Shown: positions 46,546-57,211 of the stretch, piece after piece
How the letters are laid out: every line of letters begins with the position of its first letter
How positions within the stretch are numbered: position 1 is the stretch's first letter
Assembly (NCBI GenBank): GCA_965219455.1
Contig: OZ244744.1
Location: forward strand, 2,080,001 to 2,144,000
DNA: 64,000 nucleotides
Source: Candidatus Latescibacterota bacterium
Lineage (GTDB): Bacteria > Latescibacterota > UBA2968 > GCA-2709665
Reading direction: 5' to 3'
Translations under genes and position numbers: made by a program
The notes under the pieces: model-generated
What the model saw: only the letters and a program-made list of their open reading frames with translations
Told to the model about the DNA's origin: nothing
Database searches by the model: none

Positions 46546-47721
46546 ATGTCGACCGGAGGAACAGAACGACAGACCTATCTGCTGATGTTGCTGGTGATCG
46601 GGCTGGTGGGATTTGGCCTTGTTATGGTGTATAGCGCCAGCACGGCGTTGGGTCAGGTGCGGTTTGAGAGCGGCCACTTTTTCTTGAAGCGGTGGGCGTT
46701 GCGTACGGTGGTCGGTCTCCTGGCAATGCTCTTGATTGTGCGGGTGGACTATCGGTTCTGGGCACGTTTTGCCCGGGTCTTTCTGGCCATCGGCTTCCTG
46801 GGATTGGCTGTTGTCCTGGTTTTCAAACTCGCGGGCGTCGGCAAGGTGCGCGGCGCGTATCGATGGATTCCATTACCGGGTGGCACCCTTCAACCTTCGG
46901 ATCTGATGCGTCTCGCGCTGGTCGTTTATCTGGCGGAATCCTTGAGCAGGCGCCAGGGACTGGTGAAGGATCTCGTTCAGGGTTACCTCCCACATATTGC
47001 CATAATCGGCGTTGCGATGGGAATGGTAATGCTCCAGCCCGACCTCGGAACGGCTCTGGCGATCGGATTGACATGCACGCTGATGCTATATCTGGCCGGT
47101 GTGCGGGTAAAACACCTCGCTGGCACGGGGATGGTATTGCTGCCGTTGTTGTATATCGTCGTATTTGTTCTGGGATATCGGAAAGAACGGATGATGACGT
47201 TTTTCAGTCCGACCGACGACGTCCAGGGCGCCGGATATCATGTCATGCAGTCTCTGCTGGCGCTCGGCAGCGGCGGGTGGACCGGGTTGGGTCTGGGGCA
47301 GAGTCTGCAGAAGTATTTCTTTTTGCCTGAACCACATACCGACTTTGTGTTCAGCATCGTCGGTGAAGAATTGGGATTGGTCGGCACGGCCGGCCTGGTG
47401 GTCTGCTTCCTGATTTTTGGCCGGTGCGGGTTTCAAATTGCCCGCCGCGCGCCGGACCTGCACGGATTCTTCCTGGCCTCGGGAATAACATTCATGATTC
47501 TGGTCTACGCGTTTGTGAACATGGGCGTCTGTACCGGATTGTTACCCGCCACCGGGCTTCCCCTCCCCTTTATCAGTTACGGTGGATCTTCATTGCTGTT
47601 CACGTTGCTTGCCGTTGGTATTCTGATCAACATCGGGCGGCGGGGTGCCGCCGACCCGGGAACGCTTCCCCATCGTACCGGTGCCGTCAGGATGTACCGG
47701 ACAGGAGATCGCAGGTTCTGA
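46546..47721 (+). CDS. ftsW: SEDS peptidoglycan glycosyltransferase FtsW
   Basis: GLVMVYSAS, GAYRWI, QPSD, QPDLG, LPEPHTDFVFS..GEELG, TGLPLPFISYGGSS. Confidence 0.95.
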   Translation: MSTGGTERQTYLLMLLVIGLVGFGLVMVYSASTALGQVRFESGHFFLKRWALRTVVGLLAMLLIVRVDYRFWARFARVFLAIGFLGLAVVLVFKLAGVGKVRGAYRWIPLPGGTLQPSDLMRLALVVYLAESLSRRQGLVKDLVQGYLPHIAIIGVAMGMVMLQPDLGTALAIGLTCTLMLYLAGVRVKHLAGTGMVLLPLLYIVVFVLGYRKERMMTFFSPTDDVQGAGYHVMQSLLALGSGGWTGLGLGQSLQKYFFLPEPHTDFVFSIVGEELGLVGTAGLVVCFLIFGRCGFQIARRAPDLHGFFLASGITFMILVYAFVNMGVCTGLLPATGLPLPFISYGGSSLLFTLLAVGILINIGRRGAADPGTLPHRTGAVRMYRTGDRRF

Positions 47722-48827
47722 TGCCTTTACGCCTGTTGTTTGCCGTTACCCTTACCGGCGGCCATACTGTACCTGCGCTGGGCGTGGCGGCCGCGGTTCG
47801 TCGGCGGTACCCGAATACGGTAATCCGATTCGTCGGCGTTGCGCGAGGCGTTGAGGCCAGGCTGATTCCGCGCGCCGGATATGTCCTGGAGACTTTGCCG
47901 GTTATAGGCCTCAAGCGCCGCCCGCATCTCGATCTGCTGCAATTTCCATGGATGCTTCTGAAGGGCATCTATTCCGCCTTCCGCATCCTCTTTACGTATC
48001 ATCCCCATACCGTGATCTGTACCGGAGGGCATGTCAGCGGCCCGGTGGGCGTCGCCGCGCGGTTGCTTGGTATTCCGCTGGTTCTGCACGAGTCGAATAA
48101 TTTCCCCGGGCTCACCGTTCGCTTGTTGTCCCGCGCGGCCAACCAGGTCTATCTGGCATTCGAGGGGGCAAGGCGACGCGTGGGCGGGCGTGAGAAACAT
48201 GTCGTTGGCAACCCGATTCGGGAGGGATGGAGGCGCGTGGACCGGATGGCGGCTCGCCGGCGGTTCGGGCTGGCCGCAGACCGGGTCACCCTGTTCGTCA
48301 CGGGAGCCAGCCAGGGATCACTGGGAATCAATCGCGTTGTGGCGGCGGCACTACCGGTATTGACGGAACGTGGCTATCAAATTTTGTGGCAGACCGGTAA
48401 GGTGGGCTACGATGCAGCGGCTTCCGCCGCACGCTCCTGCGGAGACAGCGTAGTCGTCAGGGACTTTATCGACGATATGGCGGTGGCTTACAGCGCGGCC
48501 GACCTAGCGTTGACCAGGGCGGGTGCCATAACGGTGACGGAAGTGACACAACTGGGTGTTCCTGCGTTGATGGTGCCATTGCCACTCGCGGCCGAGAACC
48601 ATCAGGAATTCAATGCAAGGGCGGTGGTTCGGGCCGGGGCCGCGCGGATGGTGCCTGAATCGGAACTGAGCGCGGAAAGGCTGGTTCAGGAAGTGTCCGT
48701 GCTGTTCGATTCGAACGGCCTTCTTTCGGATATGGCCCGTCGCAGCCGCGCGCTGGCCGTACCGGACGCGGCTGTGCGGATGGTGGAGGGAATGGCGCAA
48801 AGTGGACTCCTGCGGGGTGAGGGTTAG
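47721..48827 (+). CDS. murG: MurG GlcNAc transferase with divergent glycine loops
   Basis: TGGH.P, HESN..PG, GNPIR, GASQG, FIDDM, RAGA.T, HQEFNA; position after ftsW. Confidence 0.9.
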   Translation: MPLRLLFAVTLTGGHTVPALGVAAAVRRRYPNTVIRFVGVARGVEARLIPRAGYVLETLPVIGLKRRPHLDLLQFPWMLLKGIYSAFRILFTYHPHTVICTGGHVSGPVGVAARLLGIPLVLHESNNFPGLTVRLLSRAANQVYLAFEGARRRVGGREKHVVGNPIREGWRRVDRMAARRRFGLAADRVTLFVTGASQGSLGINRVVAAALPVLTERGYQILWQTGKVGYDAAASAARSCGDSVVVRDFIDDMAVAYSAADLALTRAGAITVTEVTQLGVPALMVPLPLAAENHQEFNARAVVRAGAARMVPESELSAERLVQEVSVLFDSNGLLSDMARRSRALAVPDAAVRMVEGMAQSGLLRGEG

Positions 48828-48954
48828 CAGCCCGTTGAAAAAGTCCATCCCGTCTGCGGCCAGCTCTTGTGGCCGAATTACTGCGTTGCGCTCCCTCTCC
48901 GAATCCCCGGATTCGGCTCGGCCTCGCCTGCAGAGCAACTTTTTCAACGGACTG
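48828..48954. mobile_element. 127-bp MITE with 17-bp terminal inverted repeats and TTAG target duplication
   Basis: TTAG|CAGCCCGTTGAAAAAGT...ACTTTTTCAACGGACTG|TTAG; the IRs match at 16/17; partial copies at 22629 and 55791. Confidence 0.88.
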
Positions 48955-48972
48955 TTAGAGGATGGATGCCGC

Positions 48973-50361
48973 ATGGTGAAATTGAAACCGGGTTGCCGGG
49001 TTCATTTTGTGGGCATCGGGGGAGTGGGCATGAGCGCGGTCGCGGAACTGCTGTTTCAGCAGGAATACGTTGTTACCGGATCGGACCGCGAGACCTCCGC
49101 GCTGACGGATCGGTTGGGGATGCTTGGAATTCCCGTTCAAATTGGACACACGATGGAGGCTGTAAAGAACGTAGACCTGGTTGTGTACACACCAGCTGCG
49201 GGACCGGACAATTCGGAGTTGACAGAAGCCCGGTCCAAAGGAATTCCAACGATCAAGCGAGCCGCCCTTCTGGGGCAGTTGACGGCAGGGCACCGGGTTG
49301 TAGGGGTGACCGGTACACATGGGAAGACGACAACGACAGCCATGGTCGGCGGGGTTCTCGAGGCGGCGGGTCTGGATCCCACCGTGCTGGTGGGCGGGAT
49401 CGTCCGTGGACCAGAGACAAACTTGCGGCCGGGCTCCCGAACATTGTGGGCGGTCGAGGCCGATGAGTTCGACCGTTCCTTTCTGACATTGCGTCCGGAG
49501 GTGGCGGTGGTGACGTCGCTCGAGGCGGACCATCTGGACTGTTACGGAGACATGAAGGGTCTCTTTCGAGCCTTTCAGCAGTTTCTGGAACTGACAAGCC
49601 GATGTGCGGTGATGGCTTACGATGGACCCTTGGTGCAGAAATTGAATGCGGGCCATCTTGAGATATTCTCCTATGGTCTGGAGGAGGAAACCGGGATTTC
49701 TGCGCAATCTCTTCTACACGATGGGCTCGGAAGTCGGTTCAAGGTGGTCGACCGCGGAAAACCACTCGGCGATGTTGTCCTCCGGGTTCCAGGCCGGCAC
49801 AATGTAAGCAATGCGCTGGCGGCTGTAGGTGTAGGCCTGGCGCTGGAGTTGCCCTGGAAGGCAATACGATCCGGTCTGGAGAACTTCCGGGGTGTGCGAC
49901 GCCGGCTGGAGGTGCTCGGTGATCCCGGCGGGGTGCGGGTGGTGAACGACTACGCCCATCATCCGACCGAGGTTCGCGCCGCCGTGGAAACCATCAGGGC
50001 CGGATGGACGGGTCGTTTGGTCGCTGTTTTCCAGCCCCATCTATACTCGAGAACCAGGGATTTCGCGGTTGAATTTGGAAGGGAGTTGAGCGAAGCCGAC
50101 CAGGTCTGGGTAGCCGACGTCTATGCCGCTCGAGAGGATGCAGTTCCCGGTGTGTCCGGAGAGACGGTTGCCCGTCACGTACGGAACGCTGGCTGTACCC
50201 AAGTATTCTATGTCGCTCGTCTGGATGATCTCGAGAATCGTCTGTCGCAAACGCTTGTGCCGGGCGACCTCGTGTTGGTGATGGGTGCCGGCGACGTAGA
50301 GCAGGTTGCATATAGGCTGATTGACCGGCTGTCCGAGGGAGCACTGCGGGCTGATGCATAG
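48973..50361 (+). CDS. murC: UDP-MurNAc:L-alanine ligase
   Basis: HFVGIGGVGMS, GTHGKTTT, EADEFD, DHLD, DYAHHPTE, FQPHLYSRT. Confidence 0.96.
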   Translation: MVKLKPGCRVHFVGIGGVGMSAVAELLFQQEYVVTGSDRETSALTDRLGMLGIPVQIGHTMEAVKNVDLVVYTPAAGPDNSELTEARSKGIPTIKRAALLGQLTAGHRVVGVTGTHGKTTTTAMVGGVLEAAGLDPTVLVGGIVRGPETNLRPGSRTLWAVEADEFDRSFLTLRPEVAVVTSLEADHLDCYGDMKGLFRAFQQFLELTSRCAVMAYDGPLVQKLNAGHLEIFSYGLEEETGISAQSLLHDGLGSRFKVVDRGKPLGDVVLRVPGRHNVSNALAAVGVGLALELPWKAIRSGLENFRGVRRRLEVLGDPGGVRVVNDYAHHPTEVRAAVETIRAGWTGRLVAVFQPHLYSRTRDFAVEFGRELSEADQVWVADVYAAREDAVPGVSGETVARHVRNAGCTQVFYVARLDDLENRLSQTLVPGDLVLVMGAGDVEQVAYRLIDRLSEGALRADA

Positions 50362-51292
50362 CGTTTCAATGCGGGATTTGCTCGCCCGTGAGATTCGGGC
50401 ACGCTGCAGGGGCGAACTCCTGGTTGACGAACCCCTGAAGAAGCATACCCACTTTGGTTTGGGTGGGGTCGCGGATCTGTTTTTCCGGCCTGCGGACATG
50501 GCTGATCTGATTACCGCGGTGCCGCTCGTTCTGGATTCCCAACTGCAGGTGTTACCTCTGGGCGGCGGAACCAACATGCTGGTGGGTGAGGCCGGTTTCA
50601 GGGGGCTCGTAATCTGTTTGACCCGAGGACTTGCCGGAATGGTAGTTGAATCGGATCAGGGCGTCGCACAGGCGGGCGCGAGCCTTCAGGTATTTTCCAG
50701 ACGCTGCCAGCGTGCCGGGCGAACCGGAATGGAGTTCGGCTGCGGAATTCCCGGCACCGTGGGCGGCGCAATATGGGGAAACGCCGGCGCGTGGGGGGGT
50801 CAGATCATGGAACGGACGGCGTGGCTGAGAGGAGTAGACCTCCGATCGGGTCAAGCGCTGGAATTGCAAAAAAAATCGATACCGTTCTCGTACCGGCAAA
50901 CGGATCTACCGGCGGGATTTCTGATCGTGGAGGCAGGTTTTTTTCTGGAAGAGGACGATCCGGCAATGGTGAAGAGACGCATGGACGAAATGCTTGCCCA
51001 GCGAAGAAGCTCACAGCCGCTGTGGGCGCGCAACGCCGGATGCATTTTCAAGAATCCGCCGGGCACGTCGGCGGGGTTGCTCATCGACAAAGCCGGATGC
51101 AAAGGGCTATCCGTAGGCGATGTCGAAGTGTCGGATGTTCATGCTAATTTTATCGTGAATCGGGGTCGTGGCACCGCGCCTGATGTGCTCGCACTGGTCC
51201 GGAAGGTTCAAGAGAGAGTACAGCAGGCCTTTGGCATCGAAATGAAGATGGAAGTTCGTGTTGTCGGCGAGCGGGGAATCGAGAATCCGTGA
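50354..51292 (+). CDS. murB: UDP-N-acetylenolpyruvoylglucosamine reductase
   Basis: GGGTN, GIPGTVGGA..NAGA, FSYR, QP..AGCIFKNP, HANFIVN, EV. Confidence 0.95.
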   Translation: MHSVSMRDLLAREIRARCRGELLVDEPLKKHTHFGLGGVADLFFRPADMADLITAVPLVLDSQLQVLPLGGGTNMLVGEAGFRGLVICLTRGLAGMVVESDQGVAQAGASLQVFSRRCQRAGRTGMEFGCGIPGTVGGAIWGNAGAWGGQIMERTAWLRGVDLRSGQALELQKKSIPFSYRQTDLPAGFLIVEAGFFLEEDDPAMVKRRMDEMLAQRRSSQPLWARNAGCIFKNPPGTSAGLLIDKAGCKGLSVGDVEVSDVHANFIVNRGRGTAPDVLALVRKVQERVQQAFGIEMKMEVRVVGERGIENP

Positions 51293-51393
51293 CGCAGGGT
51301 ACCGCAACTGGTCCTGGTGTTCTGCCCTGGAAATAGATTGATGAAATCCGGCAGACGAGTCGCCCGGCCGACACTTAAAACGACGGAGGTCAT

Positions 51394-52188
51394 ATGTCCA
51401 GTCTTAGACCGATCTATTCCCGGACGCAGGAAAGGGAGCGGATACCCAACGAGGAGCCCGAACCCCGATCTCCGGTTCGCATATTACGGTGGATTGTCGT
51501 TCTGGCGCTTGTTGGACTGCTGTTATTCGGCATTCAGAACGCGTATTCGGCACTCACCGACTCCGACCTGTTTCGATTGGACCACATTACCGTGGTGGGC
51601 AACCGGCTGTTGAAGGAAAGCGAGGTAGCGATTCTTTCGGGCCTGGAGATTGGCGTCAACCTGTTTGCGGCCGATCTTAAAGCGGCGACACAGCGGTTAG
51701 TGGCCGAACCGGCGATTAAGGATGCGTTATTGCTAAGGCAACCTCCGGGAGGGCTGCTCATCGAACTGCAGGAGAGACGTCCGCTTGCGCTGGCCGCAAC
51801 ACCGCAAGGGCTGTACGGGCTGGACGGGGATGGCGTGCTCTTTCCGCTGCCGCAAACGCCGTTTAATCTGCCGATCGTGACAGGTATTGAAACGGCCGTG
51901 GACTCACCGGGGGTTTACCGGTTTTCTCACCTTGTAGCGTTCCTGGAACAGCTTCGTTCAAAAGCGCCCGCGTTTCTGGAACAGGTCTCCGAGGTACACC
52001 TTGTGTCTGTCACGGAGGCCAGGGTCTATCTGGTGGGAGATGGGCTGACACTTCGGATGCGACTTGAAGATGCGGTCGACCAGGTCCAGCGTTTTGATGC
52101 GTTTGTAAAGTCGCGGGCACACGGAATTCAGGCACCCGTCTACGTCGATCTCCGGTTTTCGAATCAGGTCGTTGTGGGTACAGGTTAA
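51394..52188 (+). CDS. ftsQ: Cell division protein FtsQ/DivIB
   Basis: TM helix, POTRA domain (ITVVGN), ERRPLA, YVDLRFSNQVVV. Confidence 0.9.
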   Translation: MSSLRPIYSRTQERERIPNEEPEPRSPVRILRWIVVLALVGLLLFGIQNAYSALTDSDLFRLDHITVVGNRLLKESEVAILSGLEIGVNLFAADLKAATQRLVAEPAIKDALLLRQPPGGLLIELQERRPLALAATPQGLYGLDGDGVLFPLPQTPFNLPIVTGIETAVDSPGVYRFSHLVAFLEQLRSKAPAFLEQVSEVHLVSVTEARVYLVGDGLTLRMRLEDAVDQVQRFDAFVKSRAHGIQAPVYVDLRFSNQVVVGTG

Positions 52189-52245
52189 GGCTTTCGCAAA
52201 CCCGTACCCAGCACCTGTCCGGTAGTTGTCGGAAAGGAAGTGAGG

Positions 52246-53481
52246 ATGGCCAAAGAGGACCAGATAATTGGAATGGATATTGGTACGACCAAGATTTGTG
52301 TGGTCGTGGCCGAGGTGGGAGAAGACGATCAGCTCAAGATTACGGGTATTGGGACAAGCCCGTCCAACGGGCTGAAACGTGGGGTTGTGGTGAACGTGGC
52401 CCAAACCGTCCAATCCATCCAACGCGCTGTCGAAGAAGCGGAACAGGCCTCGGACGTACGTATCGGTGCGGTTTACGCCGGCATCGCAGGTGATCACATT
52501 CGCAGTCTGAATTGCCGAGGTGTGATCGCCGTTTCCGGGACCGACAACGAAATTACCGCTCAGGATGAGGCGCGTGTGATCGAAACCGCCAAGGCGGTTT
52601 CGATTCCTATGGACCGGGAAATTATCCACGTGTTACCCCAATCGTTTGTGGTGGACGACCAGCCGGGAGTCAAAAATCCGATCGGAATGTCGGGAGTACG
52701 CCTGGAGGCCGATGTGCATATGGTGACAGGCGCCGTGACGCCGGCCCAAAATATATGCAAGAGCATCCGAAGGGCGGGCGTAGAGGTTGTGGATCTCGTG
52801 CTGGAGCCGTTGGCATCCAGCTACGCCGTATTGTCGCCCGAGGAAGAGGAAATGGGTGTGACGCTGGTCGATATTGGCGGTGGCACCACTGACATCGCGG
52901 TATTCTACGACGGGAGCATTCGGCATACAGCCGTCCTGGGGCTGGGCGGTGAGAACGTAACCAACGACATTTCAATTGGATTGAGAACGCCCCTGGGCCA
53001 GGCGGAAAATATCAAGCGTTCGTGCGGCTGCTCGTCGCGCTCTTTGGTCGAAAGGGACGAGAACATACAGGTGCCCGGAATTGCCGGGCGACCCTCCTAC
53101 GAGGTGCCCCGCGAGGAACTGTCGGGGATTATCGAAGCGCGCATGGAGGAAATTTTCTCCCTGGTCCATAGGGAAATCCGCAGGACCGACTATGCCGATC
53201 TGCTGGCGGCGGGCGTCGTTATTACCGGCGGCGGATCGATGCTGGAAGGCACGGCTGAGCTGGCGGAGGAGGTATTTGGAATGCCTGTCACTGTGGGCAA
53301 TCCGAACGGCGTGACCGGCCTTTCGGACGATGTCATCTCGCCCATTTACGCTACCGGCGTCGGCCTGGTGAAATTCGGTCTGCAGCAACAGGAATTCGGC
53401 GGCGCGTTGAGGGTTGGCGGCAGTGATTCTTTCGGATCAGTTCTGGGCAGGATGAAGGCGTGGGTGAAGGACTTCTTTTAA
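52246..53481 (+). CDS. ftsA: Cell division protein FtsA
   Basis: MDIGTTKI, GMSGVRLE, DIGGGTTD, VITGGGS, YATGVGL. Confidence 0.97.
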   Translation: MAKEDQIIGMDIGTTKICVVVAEVGEDDQLKITGIGTSPSNGLKRGVVVNVAQTVQSIQRAVEEAEQASDVRIGAVYAGIAGDHIRSLNCRGVIAVSGTDNEITAQDEARVIETAKAVSIPMDREIIHVLPQSFVVDDQPGVKNPIGMSGVRLEADVHMVTGAVTPAQNICKSIRRAGVEVVDLVLEPLASSYAVLSPEEEEMGVTLVDIGGGTTDIAVFYDGSIRHTAVLGLGGENVTNDISIGLRTPLGQAENIKRSCGCSSRSLVERDENIQVPGIAGRPSYEVPREELSGIIEARMEEIFSLVHREIRRTDYADLLAAGVVITGGGSMLEGTAELAEEVFGMPVTVGNPNGVTGLSDDVISPIYATGVGLVKFGLQQQEFGGALRVGGSDSFGSVLGRMKAWVKDFF

Positions 53482-53578
53482 TGTGAACACGGTCGGTTCC
53501 GGCCGGATTCACAACAGACACGAATATCAACCGATGGGGTTTGCCCGCTCCACAACGCGAATTGATAGGAGAAGCTAA

Positions 53579-54742
53579 ATGGTGACATTTTCAATTGTTG
53601 ACAATGACAACCAGGCGAAGATGCGGGTTGTGGGGGTCGGCGGCGCCGGAGGCAACGCGGTGAACCGGATGATCGCATCGGACCTCAAGGGTGTGGAGTT
53701 CATCGCGGTTAATTCGGATCTGCAGGATCTGGATAAATCCGAAGCATCAAAGCGTGTACAAATTGGCCAGGCGATTACAAAAGGGCTGGGTGCGGGCGCC
53801 AATCCGGAAATCGGGCGGCAGGCCATGGAGGAAGACCGGGACCACGTCTCGGAACTGCTGGCCGGTTCGGATATGGTGTTCGTAACCGCCGGTATGGGTG
53901 GCGGTACCGGTACGGGCGCTGCCCCGGTGGTGGCAGAGATCGCACGAGAGGTTGGCGCGCTGACGGTGGGCATCGTGACCAAGCCGTTCAAAATGGAGGG
54001 CGTGCCCCGTTTACGCAACGCCGAGATGGGCATCGCTCAGTTGAAGGAATCCGTGGATACGCTCATTGTGATTCCAAACCAGCGTCTCCTGGACATCTGT
54101 TCAGAGGAGACGACGCTGCGCGAAGCGTTTAGAGTGGCAGACGACGTTCTGCTACAGGCCACGCGCGGGATTTCGGATCTGATTGCGATACCGGGCGAAG
54201 TCAATCTGGACTTCAACGACGTGCGCACGGTAATGCAACAGGGCGGAGACGCTTTGATGGGAACGGGCACGGCCAAGGGGGAAGACCGCGCGATTCACGC
54301 AGCCGAGGCAGCCATCAAGAGCCCCTTGCTGGAAGAACTGTCCATTGATGGCGCAAGGTGCGTGTTGGTTAATATCGCAGCCGGGAGTGAATTGAAGCTG
54401 TTCGAAGTGGACGAATCGGTATCTACCGTTACCAAGGCAGTTGGCGATGAGGCGAATATAATCTGGGGTACCGTGCTGGATGATGCACTCAGCGATGAAC
54501 TGCGGGTAACGGTAATTGCCACCGGTTTCGCCAAGGAAGAGGATCTCGTTGGAACAAAAGCAAGGCGTGTTCCGTCGGACAACCCTCTCGGTCTCGACGT
54601 TCCGGCGTATATGCGCAAAGCCGACACTGCCGAGGCGACGGAGCCGCAGGTCGCGCAGGAGGAAAACGCAGAGGGGGACATCTCACTGGACGACCTGGAA
54701 ATTCCGTCGTTCCTGAGGCGGCGTATGAAGGATACGGCCTGA
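53579..54742 (+). CDS. ftsZ: Cell division GTPase FtsZ
   Basis: [35 protein letters not shown]-terminal LEIPSFLRR. Confidence 0.98.
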   Translation: MVTFSIVDNDNQAKMRVVGVGGAGGNAVNRMIASDLKGVEFIAVNSDLQDLDKSEASKRVQIGQAITKGLGAGANPEIGRQAMEEDRDHVSELLAGSDMVFVTAGMGGGTGTGAAPVVAEIAREVGALTVGIVTKPFKMEGVPRLRNAEMGIAQLKESVDTLIVIPNQRLLDICSEETTLREAFRVADDVLLQATRGISDLIAIPGEVNLDFNDVRTVMQQGGDALMGTGTAKGEDRAIHAAEAAIKSPLLEELSIDGARCVLVNIAAGSELKLFEVDESVSTVTKAVGDEANIIWGTVLDDALSDELRVTVIATGFAKEEDLVGTKARRVPSDNPLGLDVPAYMRKADTAEATEPQVAQEENAEGDISLDDLEIPSFLRRRMKDTA

Positions 54743-54800
54743 CGCACGACGACGCTCCTCCCCGAGGTGTGCTTTTTGGGGATGACGGAGGAACAAGGAT

Positions 54801-55790
54801 ATGGAGAGGGTGCGATGGGGTATTGTGGGATGTGGCGACGTGACGGAGGTGAAGAGCGGACCTGGATTTCGGAATGCGAACGCGTCGAAGTTGGTGGCGG
54901 TGATGCGTCGGGATGTGGGCAAGGCGGCGGATTACGCGAGCAGACACGGCGTGCCACGATTTTACGGGCAAGCGGAGGCATTGATTGACGATGCCGAGGT
55001 TGACGCCGTGTATGTGGCGACCCCACCTTCTTCGCATCTTGAACTGGCGCTGAATGTGGCCCGGGCTGGAAAGCCGTGTCTGGTGGAAAAACCCATGGCG
55101 AGGAATCACAGTGAGTGCCAGCAGATGGTGGCGGCCTTCCGGAAGAGTGGACGGCCGCTTTTTGTGGCGTATTACAGGCGGGCGCTGCCTCGATTCCTGC
55201 GCGTTCGGAAGTTGCTGAAGGAAGGAGCAGTCGGAGAGTTGAGTTCGGTACACATCACGCATTACGATCCGCTTGCCCGGGGTGACGCAGCGATTGGCTG
55301 GCGATACAGGCCGGAAATCTCGGGTGGGGGGCTGTTTATGGATTTGGGATCTCACGGTCTGGATTTGCTGGATTTTCTCGTGAGTCCGATCAAACGGGTT
55401 TGGGGATGTGCAACGAACACGGGCGGCGCCTACGAGGCCGAGGACGTGGTTGCGGCCAGCTTTGAATTTGAATCCGGGATCGTGGGAACGGGCATTTGGA
55501 ATTTCAACGCGGATTTTTCCGAAGATCGAATGACGTTCACAGGCTCCGACGGGGAATTGCATTGTCCGGTTTTTTCGGATACCGATATTCTGGTTACGAG
55601 AGGTGGCGAAACGACGGCTCTGGAATACAGGAATCCTCCCCATGTACATCAGCCGCTGATACAGACGGCGGTGGATGAACTCCTGGGAAGGGGAACGTGC
55701 GAGTCAACCGGCGAGAGTGCGGCACGGACCGGATGGGTGATGGATCGATGTCTGAAATCATACTACGAAGAACGCAGTCCGACGCCTTAG
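54801..55790 (+). CDS. Gfo/Idh/MocA family oxidoreductase
   Basis: WGIVGCGDV, YVATPP, VEKPMA, AYYRR, SGGG..DLGSH. Confidence 0.92.
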   Translation: MERVRWGIVGCGDVTEVKSGPGFRNANASKLVAVMRRDVGKAADYASRHGVPRFYGQAEALIDDAEVDAVYVATPPSSHLELALNVARAGKPCLVEKPMARNHSECQQMVAAFRKSGRPLFVAYYRRALPRFLRVRKLLKEGAVGELSSVHITHYDPLARGDAAIGWRYRPEISGGGLFMDLGSHGLDLLDFLVSPIKRVWGCATNTGGAYEAEDVVAASFEFESGIVGTGIWNFNADFSEDRMTFTGSDGELHCPVFSDTDILVTRGGETTALEYRNPPHVHQPLIQTAVDELLGRGTCESTGESAARTGWVMDRCLKSYYEERSPTP

Positions 55791-55815
55791 CAGCCCGTCG
55801 AAAAAGTCCATCCGG
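55791..55815 (+). mobile_element. Left-end fragment of the MITE
   Basis: TTAG|CAGCCCGTCGAAAAAGTCCATCC directly after the stop codon of the upstream gene. Confidence 0.7.
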
Positions 55816-55827
55816 CCTGCCGAGAGG

Positions 55828-56925
55828 TCAGGCGGTTTTCCCCGTTTGAAGGTATGCCTTCAGCGCGGACGGATCCATCCCTGCAATGCCGAGTTCAAAA
55901 ACGTCTCTACCGGAAGTCCAGCCGTCCATTCCGATGACGATCGATCCGATGTCGACCATCGCGCGTATGGTGGGAGCAGGTACATCGTACTGGGCACCGA
56001 CTGAGTGCCAGGCGGCCAGACCATACGGAATGTCTTCGGTGAGCCAACGGCTTTCCAGAGAGCCGGGAGCTTTGAGACGGGTGAGCATGTAGCTGCCGTT
56101 GATGGTGGCCCAAAGGTCGCCTTCCGGTCCGAAGCCGGCGCGATGAAAGGCGACATTCGCCGGGCATAGATCGTAACCGAGTCGCCTGGCAACTGCGCGG
56201 CGCTCGTCGTCCACCTGCGTGATCACTCTGGCCACGGCGGGGGTGACGCCCTCTTCGTAAAAGTAGAATTCACCACGGGAATATTCCACCCTGCCCGCGT
56301 TAAGGAGGACACCGGCGGGATGAACCACAGGGTTCATTGCGGCCAGGCCGCAGGCCATCACGTCCGGATAACCCGTAATGCCGGGAAAGAGGGAATCCAA
56401 CCGGCCCCGGACAAGTTCGAACTCGTTGGCTGGCAGTACGCCCAGACCCATGGCGGTGACGATGCCCCAAATGGTGGCGGTGTCCGGTGCCGTCTTCCGG
56501 CAAACGAACGGTGCAGTGTCCACTTCGGCGAGAACGACGCCCTCGGTGCCGACCTCGTGGAGGATTCGCGCCCATTCGAGGGTCCCGAGGGTGCCGGGCA
56601 TGATGACGACGGTCTGACCCGGTCGCAGGTACGGTGCGCAGACTTCGGCAAAGGGTTTGTGAGCATACGCAGGTACGATGAGCAGGATGACATCCGGTGA
56701 TTCAAGGGCTTCTTCGATATCGGTGGTAATGCGGTGGATCCTGGCCGGACCCTGTCCACCTGCGCCGAGCAGATGGATGATGCCGTCGTCTGCAACAGGA
56801 TCCAGAGATTCCCTGAATTCGGGAATCTCGTAGAGCGTGATCTCAAAGCCCTTCAGGCTGAGGTTGGCAGCCACGGCGAAGGCCGTGTTTCCGCCGCCGA
56901 GAACGGTTACGGTTTTTATGGTCAT
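55828..56925 (-). CDS. NAD/NADP opine (octopine/nopaline) dehydrogenase family protein
   Basis: VLGGGNTA, NPVVHP, FYFYEEG, VDDER, RWLTEDIPYGL. Confidence 0.9.
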   Translation of the reverse strand: MTIKTVTVLGGGNTAFAVAANLSLKGFEITLYEIPEFRESLDPVADDGIIHLLGAGGQGPARIHRITTDIEEALESPDVILLIVPAYAHKPFAEVCAPYLRPGQTVVIMPGTLGTLEWARILHEVGTEGVVLAEVDTAPFVCRKTAPDTATIWGIVTAMGLGVLPANEFELVRGRLDSLFPGITGYPDVMACGLAAMNPVVHPAGVLLNAGRVEYSRGEFYFYEEGVTPAVARVITQVDDERRAVARRLGYDLCPANVAFHRAGFGPEGDLWATINGSYMLTRLKAPGSLESRWLTEDIPYGLAAWHSVGAQYDVPAPTIRAMVDIGSIVIGMDGWTSGRDVFELGIAGMDPSALKAYLQTGKTA

Positions 56926-57211
56926 GATGTACGCCTCTCAAGTAGACAAGTGTGATACGTAAAAGGATTTGTCGTTGATTTGCATCCGGACTCGCGAGCC
57001 AACCTCCTGTTCATGTCAGGCATAAATATAAACTCGCTGCCGCAAGTGGACAAGGCCCGATTCGTTAAGATCCGCTGTTGATCCCAACGTAAGAGTCAAC
57101 CGTTTCATCCGCGCATCCAGGCTGAGATTCAGGAGTGGAATTCCTTGAGGGCCGCCCTAACCGCCAGGATGGTGGACTCCCTTTCGCCAGTTCAACACGA
57201 GGAGGAACGCG

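Noticed and set aside
56930-57211. Moco riboswitch upstream of moaB
   Set aside because: I could not recognise the conserved Moco RNA elements by eye; an Infernal/Rfam search would be needed.
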